63,965 nt of DNA, filler included, from Hausera hauseri (GCA_046269625.1; 12 parts of 12 records of this genome joined end to end with filler, not necessarily neighbours in it); one strand, 5' to 3'. Positions 49,517 through 63,500 are shown, numbered from the whole stretch's first letter. The notes: generated by a model not told the origin, from the sequence alone. A program made the numbers and translations.

Positions 49517-50547
49517 TAAATTTCTTACAACATCTTCGATTCCGGTGGTTGGCCTGTTTCCATCTTTGTCATCAAATAACTTGGATCAATTTATCTCTCT
49601 AGGTATCTTCCTAGCAGCTTTTCGGATAAATCCAATAGTTCTATTGACTTCATTTTCCTTTCGCGAATTCGTTTTGATTGCCAAGTACAATATTACTTTC
49701 TTTATTTCTTCCTTAGTATTCTCTACCATAATTTTCTCGATTAGAACTTAGTCTGATAAGTTGCTCTTATTCATTTTCAACAGAAATGTTCTCATAATTC
49801 TCGCAGCATTATATATTGCTTTTTTTTTCGTTTATCATCTTGTCTCTCGGTCCTGAATAGTTTACTATTTTCATAGTGTATCTCAGCAGATCGCTTAACT
49901 CTTCGTTCTCGGAGTTAATAGCGGGCATGGATAATTGCCTTAGTTCTCGTGTCAGGGCTGCACTTTGGTCAATATCGTTACTTATCTTTTTCTCGACCTT
50001 CCAACTAGTCGTTTCTGTTTCGGCGCAGTTGGTGTTGCTTCGCTTATTGGTACTAGATTCTTATCGTATTGTTCCTTATCTTTCTCACTCTGGAGGTAGT
50101 CAAAATACATGACAGGGTCTCTGACTCCCATAATGCGTCCTACGCAATGTTCATCTCTTACTTTTCTCGCAGCCTCATCTTTTGTCTGTTCGTCGGTAAT
50201 TATGGCCACTATTTGATTTGTTTCTTCTGAAATAATTCCAACATCTGTTAGTAGTTCGGGTTCGTCCAGTATTCTACCTCGAAAATATAAACGGTAATTT
50301 ACTTCATCTTTTTCACCGTTTCGCATTATTCATTGCTTTACTGCTCCAGCCGATGTCGTTGTACATTCATTTTCTTATTCTTCCATTTCTTCAGCCGATA
50401 TTTTTACATTAACCGTCGTTTTGGGTTTAGCTTTTAAGAATTCAGCGNNNNNNNNNNNNNNNNNNNNNNNNNNNNNNNNNNNNNNNNNNNNTTAATTAAT
50501 TAANNNNNNNNNNNNNNNNNNNNNNNNNNNNNNNNNNNNNNNNNNNN

Positions 50548-51027
50548 GTTTGAAAAACAACGTCGTGTTTAAGTGGCCTAAGAGATGCTTTCTATGATTG
50601 ATGAATATCTAAAATGCATGTTGATGTTTTCATCATTAGTTGAGGTTGATGGCCTTCCTGAGGTCTTGACTGCTCAACGACCCTCAAAAAATGATTTGTA
50701 CCACTGAAAAACTTGTGATTGTGATAAACATTGACAGCCGTAACATTTTTGTAACATTTCCAATGCATCAGAACAAGAAATTTCATTTTTAGACAAAATT
50801 TGATACAAATTTTTTGTTCTATATATTTATCCATGTTAAAAATCGCCGAAAACAATTTTATTCAAACACAAAAGAGGCCGTAATTTCTAACTAAATAAAT
50901 CAAATGTCATGAAAGTTCTGTCAGTTTTTCACAACAGTCATACCACCCTACTAAATAAATATACACATCGATATTCAACGCATGTACTTTTTATAAATAG
51001 TCTCATTACGTTTTGTCCACAGTAGTA
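50548..51027 (-). mobile_element. Mariner transposon 5' fragment
   Basis: EQKICIKFC...LEMLQKCYGCQCLSQSQVFQWYKSFFEGR...SGRPSTS HTH region; TIR-like TACTGTGGACAAAACGTAATGAG upstream. Confidence 0.8.
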
Positions 51028-51749
51028 TGTTTAATTCTACAATGTACCAATGAAATGGGAAAAAGTATGTAGTAATCAGTATTTTGGTATAACAAGAATC
51101 CAATTCAAAGAAAACGAACACCATCACGTTTTTTGTTCAATACATAGTTTAAAGGTCAAAATTAATATAAGAAGAATATTAAAATTCTGTCCCACCGGCA
51201 ATACATTGGTTAAACGAAGGAAAATTTTTCAGTGTACAAATTCTTCGATGAATGATATAATCACTAAATATTTGATATCGTACAAGTACTAGGTTTACTG
51301 TAGATGGTAATAAATAATTTGTATCATAAAGATGGAAATTAAAAAATCTAACAGAGCAAACTAGAGGCCGAAACTATACATGTGGTGCATTCCATAAGTA
51401 CCTGATCTGAGGCAGAAATACCTTTCATACAAAAATCAGATATAAAACACAAGAGAAGGATGTGTAGATATGATTTTGCAGTATATTCTACTGACTAAAG
51501 CAAAATTACAGTTCGAGAATTAGCAACTGAAGTCTCTCAAAAGGAAGATTGAATGATGTGGCGAAGAGCTAACTGTTTACCACATGGTGGAAATTGATGA
51601 AGAACTTACCAAGCGCAAGCTAATTTCAATTTTTGGCAATTTATTGAACTTCGATTGGTTTTTAGATGGTTACGGATTGCATGTGAATATTAAAGAGATC
51701 AACCATGGAAGGAACAGAGGATCCGGGAAAGGTAAGTGAGGAAGGTAAG

Positions 51750-52560
51750 GAAAATGTTAGATGAGGTTATCTGTAGGACAAAGGAAAATGGTCCTGCAAA
51801 GAGTATTTGGAAATGTAGAAAGCATGGGTGCGATGTGAGCTGAATAGCTATACGAGTTTGAAGGAAAATTTTTAAATGCGGATGGCTAAGGAAAGAAAGC
51901 GGCTGTCATCACATTAACTTGGCTGAGCTTTGAGCAATTATAAAAGCTTTAAATATAGTATTAGTGTGGAATGTCAAAGTTATAACAATTTTTGTGACAA
52001 CAATATGACTGTCGGTTGAGTTAGGAAGATATTATAAAACCACAAGCGTATAAAAATGTCCGCCGCTTTGGAAATGTTGATGTGTCGTAGATTTCAGCTG
52101 ATTCGAGATATAGTACACGAGTATTATTTGAAGTTTGATATTCAACTGAATGGTTAAATCTGAATATAACCGAGAGTATGAATTGACAAAGGTACCAGCG
52201 CATTGGCCAAAGGAATCTGAAAGGATTATTGTGTTCGAAGATGATTCGGTGGACAACGAAGAAAAATGGAAATGTGTTCGCGTACAAATCCATTTTGGAT
52301 TTAAAAATATGCAATTTTTGGCAAATCGATTGGGTCTTAAAGTGAGTAATATAAATCCTGTTTTGGTTCGGTGGGAAGAAGGCTTTCTTGAAGTTAAAGA
52401 GAGTTGGGAAAGAACTGTTGTTGATATGACCAAGTAATTCTAAATATCATTGACTGTGGGCCTTCGAGATATGCCATATGGAAGCGAATGTTTAATAGGT
52501 CAGAGATTGAAAGATGCAATCAGTTTGAATCAGTGTTTGCAGAATTTGGTATTCCTGGAT
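51750..52560 (+). pseudogene. LTR retrotransposon RNase H-integrase remnant
   Basis: WLRKESGCHHINLAEL; LTKVPAHW; HFG; VRWEEGFLEVKESWER..VD; IIDCGPSRYAIW. Confidence 0.75.
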
Positions 52561-54730
52561 AAATGTTTATCGATTATTTAACTAGTTTGGATCGGAAAGT
52601 GTAAGATAATTTGTTTTGTTGAAATAATAGCTGAACTTCGGGGATTGGCAGAAATAGAGAAACTCGTGCCGCATTTTCTTTTAAATGGACCATTCGATGT
52701 ATATAAATCTACTCCACTAGACGTGACAAAAAATGATTTCTCAAATCTGAAGGCCGTTCTGAATAAAGCTTTTGGAATGAGCGTGCCTGCAGTGTTTTCA
52801 AGATTTACGGGAAAGAAATTGAACCCGCGGAAAACAGTTGATGCCTTTTTGGCCGATAAGAGACGTTTGACGGCAAGAAAAAACTCCAATAATGGGAACG
52901 ATGCGTAGGTGATGGAAGCTTTCCTGGCTGGATTGCCTGAATGTTTTGCTCTGTTAGGCGTGGGAACGAATAGAGGGGAAATCAGTATCGATGTCATATT
53001 ACATAAATTTAGAGGTTTAATAAGGAATGAGTCAGTTGTTATGTTAGATCAAGGAAATAGAGATACTGAACCAAAAACAGAGAAAATTAAATGTTTTCTG
53101 TGGCTTAGAAAGACATTGTAAAAGAAATTGATCAACAAAGTTGGATAACCAGCAGTTGAGGTCAGCAAAAATATCGAAACACTGATGCGGCAGATATGTT
53201 TATCTGGCGCTGCTCGTTTCCTGCCTCAAAGCACCCTGTCACCAACTCTCAGAATTGAAGGAAATCAGTATGTTATTGATGCGATTCTTGGTACAGGAAG
53301 TTCGTGTTCCATTCTGAATAGTATGTCAAATCCCAGTTATGCTATTCGTCTTCCACAAGTATTGTTGCGTTAAATGAGGTGCTAAAATATAATAAACATG
53401 TTTTAATGTAGAAGTATCTGGCATTCGCTTCCTGTACACTGTTTAAATGGTATGGATTTCGTTACGGTGGTAGGAGGAATATCTGTCGAAAGAAATCGAT
53501 GTGTTAAGGTGGCTGCAACAATTGAAGGTCCAATGAATAAAGAGAATCAGAAAGATGTGTTCTTGGTACCCTAAAAAATCTACAGATCAGCTTTTGGTTA
53601 ATCCTCAAATAATTTAACAATAGACGATATGGATTTTTCAGCCAGGTTCGTTGATTGACGTTAGAAAGTCAAATAGAAATGGAAGGATAAAACTGAACCT
53701 AATCTGGGACCCATTGTCAAGCGATATGCTATTCCATCTGACGTTGTAGAAGAATTTGAGAAGAAACTTGCGGAATGGTCTGGAAAAAGATTGGCTGATT
53801 CCTTACGATGGATCATGCAAATCGCCATTGACCCTTCTAGCAGTTGTTCAAGAGAATAAAAGTAAATTTCGTCCTGTTGGATTACCGACGTCTGAATAAC
53901 TTTATATCTCGTCATACTGAGGACAGTGTTGTGTGCGCGGATTTGAAAAGGGCCAATTTACAAATCCACGTTGACAGAAACATATGGCCGTATCAAGTGA
54001 TATTTTTCCGTAGTTTAAAGTATTATCTAACTAGATTAGAATTTGGATTAAATATGGCACCAAATATTGATGATCATTGCAAATGAAGTGTTAGGTTTAT
54101 ATCAGCTGATCAAAAAGGGTATATCCACATACATAGATAACATTTATATCAACAAATATGCGGTATCCGTTGAACTGAACAAGTTCGATATCATTTTGCG
54201 AACTATGGCATGGAATCCAATGACCCAATCGATTTGGATGGGTCTCGCGTGTTGGGACTTCGTGTGCAATTGTTTAGTGGTCGCTACAAGTTGTCCAGAA
54301 ATAACAAACTCCCGCAAGTCGATGGTATTGTCAGTTTGAAAAGGATGTTTTTTTCAATATGCGCAAATTAATTGGTCACTATCCAGTTTGTTCTTGACTT
54401 CTGCCTTACGGTAGTTGCATCAAACGGACACTAAATGGTCTAATCTGGAAATCTGAAGTACCACAATCGACCATGAACAAGATATGCGAGATGTATTTTC
54501 CTTCAAGACAGAATGATTCCGAAGAAAGTTGCTGGTTTGTTAATTAAGTTGAAACTGGTACAGTCTGGTGTGATGCTAGGCGTTAACTTTTGGTGTTTAT
54601 GTTGAAATTTCTGGAAACGTCGTCGAAGATGCTTGTTGGCTTCGAGATACAAACCTAGCAGAGTTGGACGCAGTTGTTAAAATATTGCGTTTAGCCCTGA
54701 AATGGGACTTAAGGGACTTATTTCTAGAGA
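52560..54730 (+). pseudogene. LTR retrotransposon gag-PR-RT-RH remnant, same family as 51750-52560
   Basis: AILGTGSSCSI; LDYRRLN; DLKRANLQIHVD..WPYQ; LTRLEFGLNMAP; TYIDNI; WCDA; VEDACWLR; AELDAVVK. Confidence 0.8.
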
Positions 54731-54901
54731 TCGTGGAACTAATGTCAATTTGCACTGAAAAATCCCAGTTATCAGTTAATGATGCAGAAAACGACTGGGT
54801 ACTAAGATCCTTTACTTCACTGGGTGGATTTTCGTGCCCCGAAAGGTCGGCGAATTTTTGTTGTCATATATGTTTTGTGTTGCCACGAAAAAAATGCCGC
54901 A

Positions 54902-55019
54902 AGTAGGGGGAAAATACCGCTTCTGGCTCAAACCCCCCCGGGGGGGGGGTTGGATCGATAAATCGATTTGCACATGTGCCGATCGATAGAGCACCCGGAA
55001 CACTATCGATCCATAAAGT
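54902..55019 (+). repeat. Interspersed element terminus, copy 1
   Basis: AGTAGGGGGAAAAT...ATCGATAAATCGATTTGCACATGT...CTATCGATCCATAAA, shared with 58802-58912. Confidence 0.8.
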
Positions 55020-56379
55020 NNNNNNNNNNNNNNNNNNNNNNNNNNNNNNNNNNNNNNNNNNNNTTAATTAATTAANNNNNNNNNNNNNNNNNNNNNNNNN
55101 NNNNNNNNNNNNNNNNNNNTTCTTGTGTTTTATGTTGAGCCCCACATGATGGACATTTTCATTTTCTGTGAAATGTAAATGAATTATTAGAAATTAGACA
55201 GATAGTGACAAATAGTTAATTTTCAATGACACATAATTTTAAAAATAAAATATGATTCATGACATGCGTAGTACAAACTGCAGATTGACGTCATTCAACT
55301 ATTTGACGTCAAACGACGGATTACAAAATTAAATTTAAATATGTCACCACACAAGCCAGCTTGCCGTTTATTTTTATAAAATTAGTCATTTGACTATGCG
55401 ACACGATGAATTACAAGAATTAAATCTGAATATTTGTCATCATACGATGACGTCAAATTGAGCGGATACAAAAATTAAATTTAGATATTTACAATAGAAA
55501 ACGTATATATATAACCACATGAAAAGCTTAACAACAACAGTAGAAAACTAAAATTTTATTCCTGATCAATTATCGTGTCAGACCTTCAATTTGATTGTAA
55601 GTAAGTTGTCTGAATACAGATAAATTATTGAAATTAGAAATAAATATTCAGAAAGATTTGATTACATTTCCGATCGTAGAAAGCATACAGTTGTAAAGAA
55701 ATTACCTCTCGACAGAACTGAAATTGAAGTCTTATTGATTATATTTGAAAACTGAATTATTGAACATATAACCAAAATGGCTAGCAATCGCACAGTTAAT
55801 TCCCATGAGGTGCCAGAATTGGGTAAATTATTTGATATATTCATAAAGTAGTGATTGATCACCAATAATGAAAGAAACTTTCATTTATGTAGTTGTACAG
55901 TTTGTAATATAATAAATTTGTTGAAAAATAAAAATTCGTAAAGATGACAATAAGATACTCTATGTTGATGAACTAGAGGAAGCAGCTACACAGTGAATGA
56001 AGCGATCTAACAGATTTCGGAGTTCGGAGAATGAGTGGAGTCATTCCGGGGAGCTGCCAAACTAATTTACCGATCGTGAAACATGTGTAGAACCCATGCA
56101 ATTGGATCAGTATTTTTACAGAATCTCTATGTGCCTTAGTTGATGGACGTTCGTAGAGCATCCGATGCTACAGAACGAACATTAATGAAGCAATGTTCGC
56201 GGGAATTTTGAGTCTCTTTAGAGGAGTAAAATATTGTCATTAGTTATCGCCGTGTGAATTGTTTGATTTCTAGATCGTGATGATCATAGTATTGTGGTTA
56301 TAAACTATGTGTGTTTGTTTGCGTATCTGGTGGCTGGTGAATCCTATCGTGCCAGAATCCCCATGTAGTAAATATTCCA

Positions 56380-57560
56380 TTAACAGATGATATATGCGAG
56401 GGTCATTTGGTATATGATGAATAGTATCGGTATAAAGTTTCAAAGTTACGCATGCACATCAGCGATTGGCAAAGTATATCCCGATAATGTTTGAGATTGA
56501 CGGGAAAAAGAAAATTAAGAAGGAAAATGATGAGATGTGTGACTCTCGTCGTTAGGACCTCCAGGACTACGATTGAAGTAAAGCGTTCAGATAAATATTT
56601 CAAGGTTAAGGACGAATTATAGGAGAGGGAGATAATAATCGATATTTGCCTAACTCCGACATAATTTGTTATCAAGTGTGACGGTTATGGCATTAAGATT
56701 ATGGTGAATATACTGGAATAATCTAGTGAATTCGGTAGGTTGTTGCGGGCAGACACTGGTGTTTAATGGGTACATAATTTTGGGTACCTTGGGTTCGAGT
56801 GGATTCAACAGTTATGGATGACTCTATTGTGACTTGTGAATATAATCCATTATTATTATTATTTATTATTAAAACTGCCCAACATCCTTCAAACGTTAAT
56901 GAATATAATTTGTTACTGTAGAATATCAAGTGGATCGGAGTACTGTCTTGGCTTGACGAATATTCAATACCTTCCGCCTGCATTGAGTTATTTGCTCACC
57001 GCTGTTTTTAGTAGAATGATGGCCTTGTGTTTATAATTGGGTTGAGCTTGTGTATGTGCAGATAGGATCTACCCTAATGCTTAATTATATAAATTTCTTG
57101 AATCCCGTACTAAACATAAACATGTCATGGTGTGTAAGACTGGGGGTTTGGGTTAGCAATCTTGGGAATGTGTTAATACATTTGTTATATAATTTAATAA
57201 TAATTATTAATTCGAATTGACTAAACTGAAGTTTTGGGTGTTTGAGTACTATTAGTCTTTGATTATCATTATTAACACCTTCTTGGATTGTTATTAGTGT
57301 TGGGTCTCAAATTTCGCTCATTTATTTTTGGATTGTGGTTATGGGTTTGCGAGGATTCGATTCAATAACAGGGTAATTATCGATTATTAGTTGAAATACA
57401 GAGGCGAACCACCCTTTTCAACACTGTGACTCTGTGAAATGATGAGAACTGGTAATTCTGAGCATAATTACTCGCCAATGCATAAGATGGATATTAGCAA
57501 AAATACGAAAGAATAGGTAATAGACAATAGAGCAAATTAGACATAGTATTGTGCGGTTCG
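56380..57560 (-). pseudogene. Highly decayed LINE (APE-RT) remnant
   Basis: ILCIGE*L and KGG..LY (APE-like); NYKHKAIILLK; GVRQ...LSPI.FVLNLE (RT-like). Weak. Confidence 0.35.
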
Positions 57561-58801
57561 AAATAATGAAGGGACAATATAAAGAGGAAAATTCAACGGA
57601 TGATGATCTTAAAGGAAATTTTAATCATAAGATATTTTCGTAAGGTATTTTTAAGTATTGTAGATGGACAAACGATAGGCGCTGGATGGTAATCTCCATC
57701 AGACCGCCAAGACTCAGCCTTCAGATAGACAGTGAATAGATTTATATGTTGGTAGGTTTATAACCCGTTATAAAGGAAACAATATGAAACTAACCCGTAG
57801 TTACTTGGTCATTGAGTATAATTACGTATATCAGAACGTGTATAATTCCATCAACATGGTTTCCAAGTCAGCTGAGTCAGCCTTTGGTCTTGTTAATTCG
57901 TGCATTACTAATAACCAACAACTTCATCGTTTTCCCCATCAACAAATTTCTTTTTCAACTCACCAAATTCAACTATAAAGGTACCCGACACACTCACTAC
58001 GGTATCGCCAACCCTTTCGTACCTTACATAGGCAAAGGAAAACAGCGGCTGGTGCACGCGACCACTTCTGACGGTTGTACATCGAATAATCCAGGATTAT
58101 TGCGACTTATCATGAATATTCATACAAATACTACCGGTACTGGATTCCCACTCAAACTCCCAGTTCTCAGCCCCGCTCCTCCGTTAAATATAACAGATGA
58201 TCCCAAATTATCACCGTCAGTTTCAAAAGCAACCCTTTATCCGCATCATCTCACATCTCGAAAGAAATCGAAAATTAGTTTTAATAGGAGGGCTGATATT
58301 ATTGGAGAATCTCTGAATTACTGATTCAATAGAAGGTTCATAAATTTAAGTGCGATATTCAATAATTGAGTATAAGAGTGTTGGAACATGTCCAGAAGAT
58401 TGGAAATGCGTGTTTTGATGGAATTTGGAAGCAAAAAGAGGAGATTATTTGGTGATGTTTGATTGTAACAAAAGTTAGTGGAATTGTATCGTAGTTTTGC
58501 TTGAGTTTTGGCTATCTATAAAGTATTCGGTGCATTGGAAAGGTGTAGGAGGGTTATTAGGATTTACTGGTTTAGTAAGATGAATGATTTGGATAGATTT
58601 GTATCGAAGCCTTATCTATCGTATCAATGGTATGGAAAGATTATATTCTGCCACGAATTCGAGTGTGAACATGGTGAAGAAGATGAGGTTGCGATGAAAG
58701 GAATAGGTGGCTGAAGTTGGTATTGTGAATGAAAATGAAACCATTGTGAGTAAGGTAGAAATAGTGGAGATTTGTAATTGAGCGAATCGGATTGTGTATA
58801 T

Positions 58802-59180
58802 AGTAGGGGGAAAATGGCGGTTCTGGCCCACCCCACAGAGGGGGGTAATCGATAAATCGATTTTGCACATGTTACAATAGATAGTGCACACTGTGCCCTA
58901 TCGATCCATAAAATGCCTAGCAACGCTGCCGCTGGGCACCGTTGCTAAGGACACTTTTGCACTTTTCACTTATCGATCGCTGCATAGTGCAGTATTGATC
59001 GAATCGATCTGGACAAAGTACTAATAGATAGAGCACATCAAAGCGCATCGATTGGTGCACAGTGCCAGTGTGCAGCACATGTGCAAGTGTGCAAGAATCA
59101 AAAATATTGAATTTTCAAGTTTTCAAAAATCGATCTTTGGGTCTCGAGACCGGGTGCAATCGCAAGTGCACTTGATGTTG
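58802..59180 (+). repeat. Interspersed element terminus, copy 2, rich in ATCGAT/GTGCAC palindromes
   Basis: Homologous to 54902-55019 and starting at the same AGTAG. Confidence 0.8.
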
Positions 59181-61399
59181 NNNNNNNNNNNNNNNNNNNN
59201 NNNNNNNNNNNNNNNNNNNNNNNNTTAATTAATTAANNNNNNNNNNNNNNNNNNNNNNNNNNNNNNNNNNNNNNNNNNNNAAAATTTATTAACTATTACC
59301 TATGCTTTAGTCACAAACGTTTAGCATGTTTCAGATCAAATTTCACGGTTCAAATTTCTTATACCTACCTTCTATCGATTCCTCAACATTGTTGAATAAA
59401 ATTTCACTTCATAGAGTACTTATTAATCACTCAAGTTTATATGTTAACTGTTTCCAAAAGCTTATTTCAAAACAATGACAATTTGATGATAGATACATAC
59501 GAATAATTATTGTAACACCTAGAGGATAAATCCTTTCTGTTAAAGGGCATAACTTTACCTTGCTTCAGTGTAAGGAAACGTGCTCCCCTCCTACGGTTCA
59601 CCTATAACGACATTTACCCAGACTTAAGCACCCATCAATATCCCGAACTTACCTTTTCACGCAATACCCTAAACGATACAAAATTTATGACAGATATCGA
59701 TTGTCACTGAATCAAATGACTATTTATCGAACTTGATTCTATGGATCGGTTCGCTTCACACTGAGATCGAAATTTTCGACCGATTTCTAGCCATAGCTTC
59801 ATACCTTCATTTTGTCGTTTTTTCCATAATTGAATCATTTGCCTATCTGACTAAAGTACGTAACAATTCTATCTTTCCTTCTCCCCGTTTGATACTAGAC
59901 CTCTACCACAACTATTTTATCACCACAACTAACATGTATCATTTCTATCGGGTCGTATCAACAACATTATGATACCACAAGGCCACGTTGATGTAGCTTT
60001 TCCGAACCCGCAAACGCCGTCGTAGTAGTGTACTGCTTTTAGTTCATCTCTTTATAAGCGACCTTCTCAGATTATTTAAACAGTGAATATTTACCCATCG
60101 TTTTCCTCGTATATTTTCTTAGATGTACTCGTATATATACTGAATCGATGACATAGTATGGTTTTTTACCGCGATTGTCCGTTCAGCCGTTAGATCACCA
60201 AATATGATGACCAATTCCCTGTCTGGAATGGTTCAGATTACGAGAACAACATTTATTAAATAAACAAATAGTACAAAATTTCAGCGGCAAAATCAGTTTT
60301 TATTACCTATTTTTACTTTCTCAAGGTGGTAATACAAAACAAAACTTTATAACACAATTACCGTTAGATCTATCATGTGTTTCCAGTCGGATGATTTGTT
60401 GCTCCTCCATGCGTATGTTTCTAATAATTATAATATTGTCATTCAATTGCAAATATTCTTTAATATCTATGTAACTTTTCTATTCAGTAGATAATTAGTT
60501 TGATAGCAGGTCTTGTAGCAAACTACAGGCTCCGAAAGTTTCTGGATATCCAATTATCGCAACTACGTTTTTATCTATCAATTAGGTGATACCAATAAGA
60601 AGTCTGTTAAACAAATATAACTTACCAATAGGTAAGATTACAATACTCTGCGAAAATAAACTTGCTAATAAGAGAAAATTTTGTTTTGTGTGTTTGTGTT
60701 TGTTTCTCAATTTTTGAACTGGTATATATACCAGTTTTCTCTTGCGTAGGTCGTCAATTTGACACTAATCTTATAACGGCATTCTCAAAATCAATTTCTA
60801 AATTTGATCTAAATTTGACGTTAATTACTCAATTCAATTTCGGAAATTTGACAGTAATCGCATATTCCAATAACACTAATCTTAATCCAATTTTCACAAG
60901 CAATGATTTGTGACTAACAATTTTCTAAATCGCATGCTTCTGATTGTCTAAATTGATTTTTTGTTTCTTATATTGTCATATTCTTACATTGTTAATAAAC
61001 CATTGTTTACTAATTTACTAAATATTTATTTTAATCATAATTTGTTACTGCCTCATTAACGTGGTTAACAATTACATACAAGCATCAGCAAAGAGGTGAC
61101 GCCCATCACTTAGAGGTTCAACAAAGGAAGAACAAAAGGAAGGAATGTATAAAAGTGGTCTATTTAGTTACAAAATCAAGTCAAAATGTTTTGTCAAATC
61201 GTATAGAATCAATGGAGTAAATGTTTTTGTCAGATCACATAATAATCAAATCGAATATGCACATAGTGATGTCAAATCGAATATGCGGTCATATCGAATA
61301 AGCGGCCTTAACCGGTCCTAATAAAAGTGATGATACCTTCAAGCAGATAAATACAGGTCAGAAAATCCATGGCGGCCGGATCACCATCGAACCCAGAGA

Positions 61400-63500
61400 A
61401 ATGTAGAATTCAACACGATATGAATTATAATAAAAGTATGAAGAGGAAAAACCTTCACCTAAAAGCTACAATTTGGCATGCGAGTAGGCGATTGCTATAT
61501 GGGATCGAGCCAGGACTCAACAAATAGACTCATGCATCAGAAAACTTAAGAAACTACACGAAGAGTACTTATCCCTAAAGAAACACAGAACTAGACAATG
61601 GGAAAGTGATAGACAGAATGAAGAAATCTTTAAAAGTGAACTCAAACAGATGTTCGATATTTCCGCAAAAGACGTTTTGACTAAACGCAAAAAGCAAGAT
61701 CCAGAATTTCTATAAAAGCAAAGACAGAGCGTGTTTTCTTGCAATATGAGTGCAGTTGACCTTTAAATTAATGCTAAAGAATACAGAAGGAGACAACGTG
61801 AGGAAAAGAAAGTCCTAACAAAAGTATGATATGAAGAAAGGCAGACGAAAGAAATTTCCAGTCAAACAGGAATTTTCCTCAGCACCATATATTGAGTCTG
61901 AAAGGGAAAATGAATATCAATCTGTAAAATCAGTGCCCATTGAGGTTGCTAGTAATGATGCAGTAACAGAAACTCCTAAGAATATTTTCACATCCCCCGT
62001 GGTTGTTGGTGCTCTACACCGAGTCGATCTTTCTGAATGGAGTGCGGTATTTGTTGTAGGAGCTAGTGTTCAGGTTCTCGGTCATGAGATTCATGATACA
62101 ACACTATCTAGAAGTTCAATCATATGATGTCAAATGCAAGTTAGAAGAGATGTTGTAACAGCAGAAGAAACAAAAATTTCCTTGAAAGGTCCTCTTCTTT
62201 TACATTAGGATGAAGAATTGTTACTGGATACAGATGGATCAAAGGTAGACCGATGTTCTACCACTGTTACTGGAAACGGAGATAAAACATTACTGGGTAT
62301 ACCAAAGATAGGGAAAGGAACAGGTGATGCACAAGCAAATGCTCTTGTTGATGCTATCATGAAATGGAACCTTAGTTCAAACATTGTCTTGTCTTTTATA
62401 CAACAGTAAGCAATACAAGACTTCGCAAAGGAGCTTGTGTCCGACTTGAATTTTTTTGTGGAAACTGCATTAGATTGGATCGCGTGTCACCATCATATAA
62501 CGGAAATTATACTGTCTGACGTCTTCTGTTGTCTGCTTGGCTCAACTGAAAGCCCACAACAGAATTTTTCAAGCGATTTCAGAAGCAGTGACCATTAATA
62601 AATCACTCTAAGTGTACATCTGCAAGTGCCGATCTCTTTAGTAATCCTGTGCTAAACAACCTACATCGAGAAATGCTCGATTATTTGACTCATACACTTG
62701 GAACACAACAATCACGTGATGATTATCAGTTAATATTGCGCTTGTTTCTCTTGTTCCTTGGTGCGCAATATCCTGGTAAAGTAATTAGAGCACCGGGGCC
62801 TACACATCACGCACTGAAGTTATTCCTATTGAGAACACAGTTTCAGATGACAGCACGGCAACTCAGCAACATATCATACTTTGCTTTGTTTTTCAGTCTT
62901 GTGTATGTCAGATACTGGAATGAAGTGCCAAGTGAAATTAGGGTTTCATACATTGACGTTGAAATATCGTCTGTTCTCACCATATATCCGAATAAACCAG
63001 TTGCAGACAAGGCACACGCAGACACTTCCAGACATCTGTGGTTTCTATCCTAGCACTTTGTTGCACTTGCATTTTTTTCTTACATAATCCAACCAGAAAC
63101 AAAACTGCTAATGGTAAAAAACTTACAGCGTCCATAATTTACAGGTATTTTACATTCAAATGTACAGATGAAGCAGAACCTGTCATCTTTGAGGATCTTG
63201 TAAGACAGAGAACACAGTTACATTTAATCTTTTGATTGAAGAATGATCAACAAAAGCAAAATCATTCTTGGAGAAACACCCCGGTTTTCAAGGAACTTTG
63301 GAAGCCGGCACATAAATTGACTGTTGTTAACGATGCCACTATACATGGGATATGCCTAATTGAAAAAATACATTAATACTTTAACACAAGATGAAGAACA
63401 GAAGCAATTTGTTCTTCGACTGGTGGCAAGTCACGGAAAGAAATTTCCTTCTGCATCAAAGGCAGCTGTTATGTCACAGACCATTGACTATTTGTCATGT
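61400..63500 (+). pseudogene. hAT-like DDE transposase (hATm/Cc8K15.2-like), decayed
   Basis: LKQMFDIS; LLGIPKIGKGTGDAQA; FYTTVSNT..RKGACVRLE; IACHHHITEIIL; RDDYQL; RAPGPTHHA; RHLWFLS; VVNDA..GICLIEKY. Confidence 0.85.

Larger units (their letters stand above)
45469..50447 (-). mobile_element. env-bearing LTR retroelement, copy C (X end, full env, PR, RT)
   Basis: X and env are homologous to copies A and B and are followed on the same strand by protease and RT. Confidence 0.9.

Noticed and set aside
57812-58714. 170-aa ORF and neighbours as genes or Penelope/LINE parts
   Set aside because: No convincing motif; at most very decayed retroelement sequence.
8150-59280. Recurrent TTAATTAATTAA flanked by N runs as a biological repeat
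   Set aside because: Identical 100-nt six-frame-stop linker added when contigs were concatenated.
59650-60060. Minus-strand gypsy RT/RNase H remnant
   Set aside because: Only faint resemblance (YYDGVCGF, RIVTYFS); too decayed to support.
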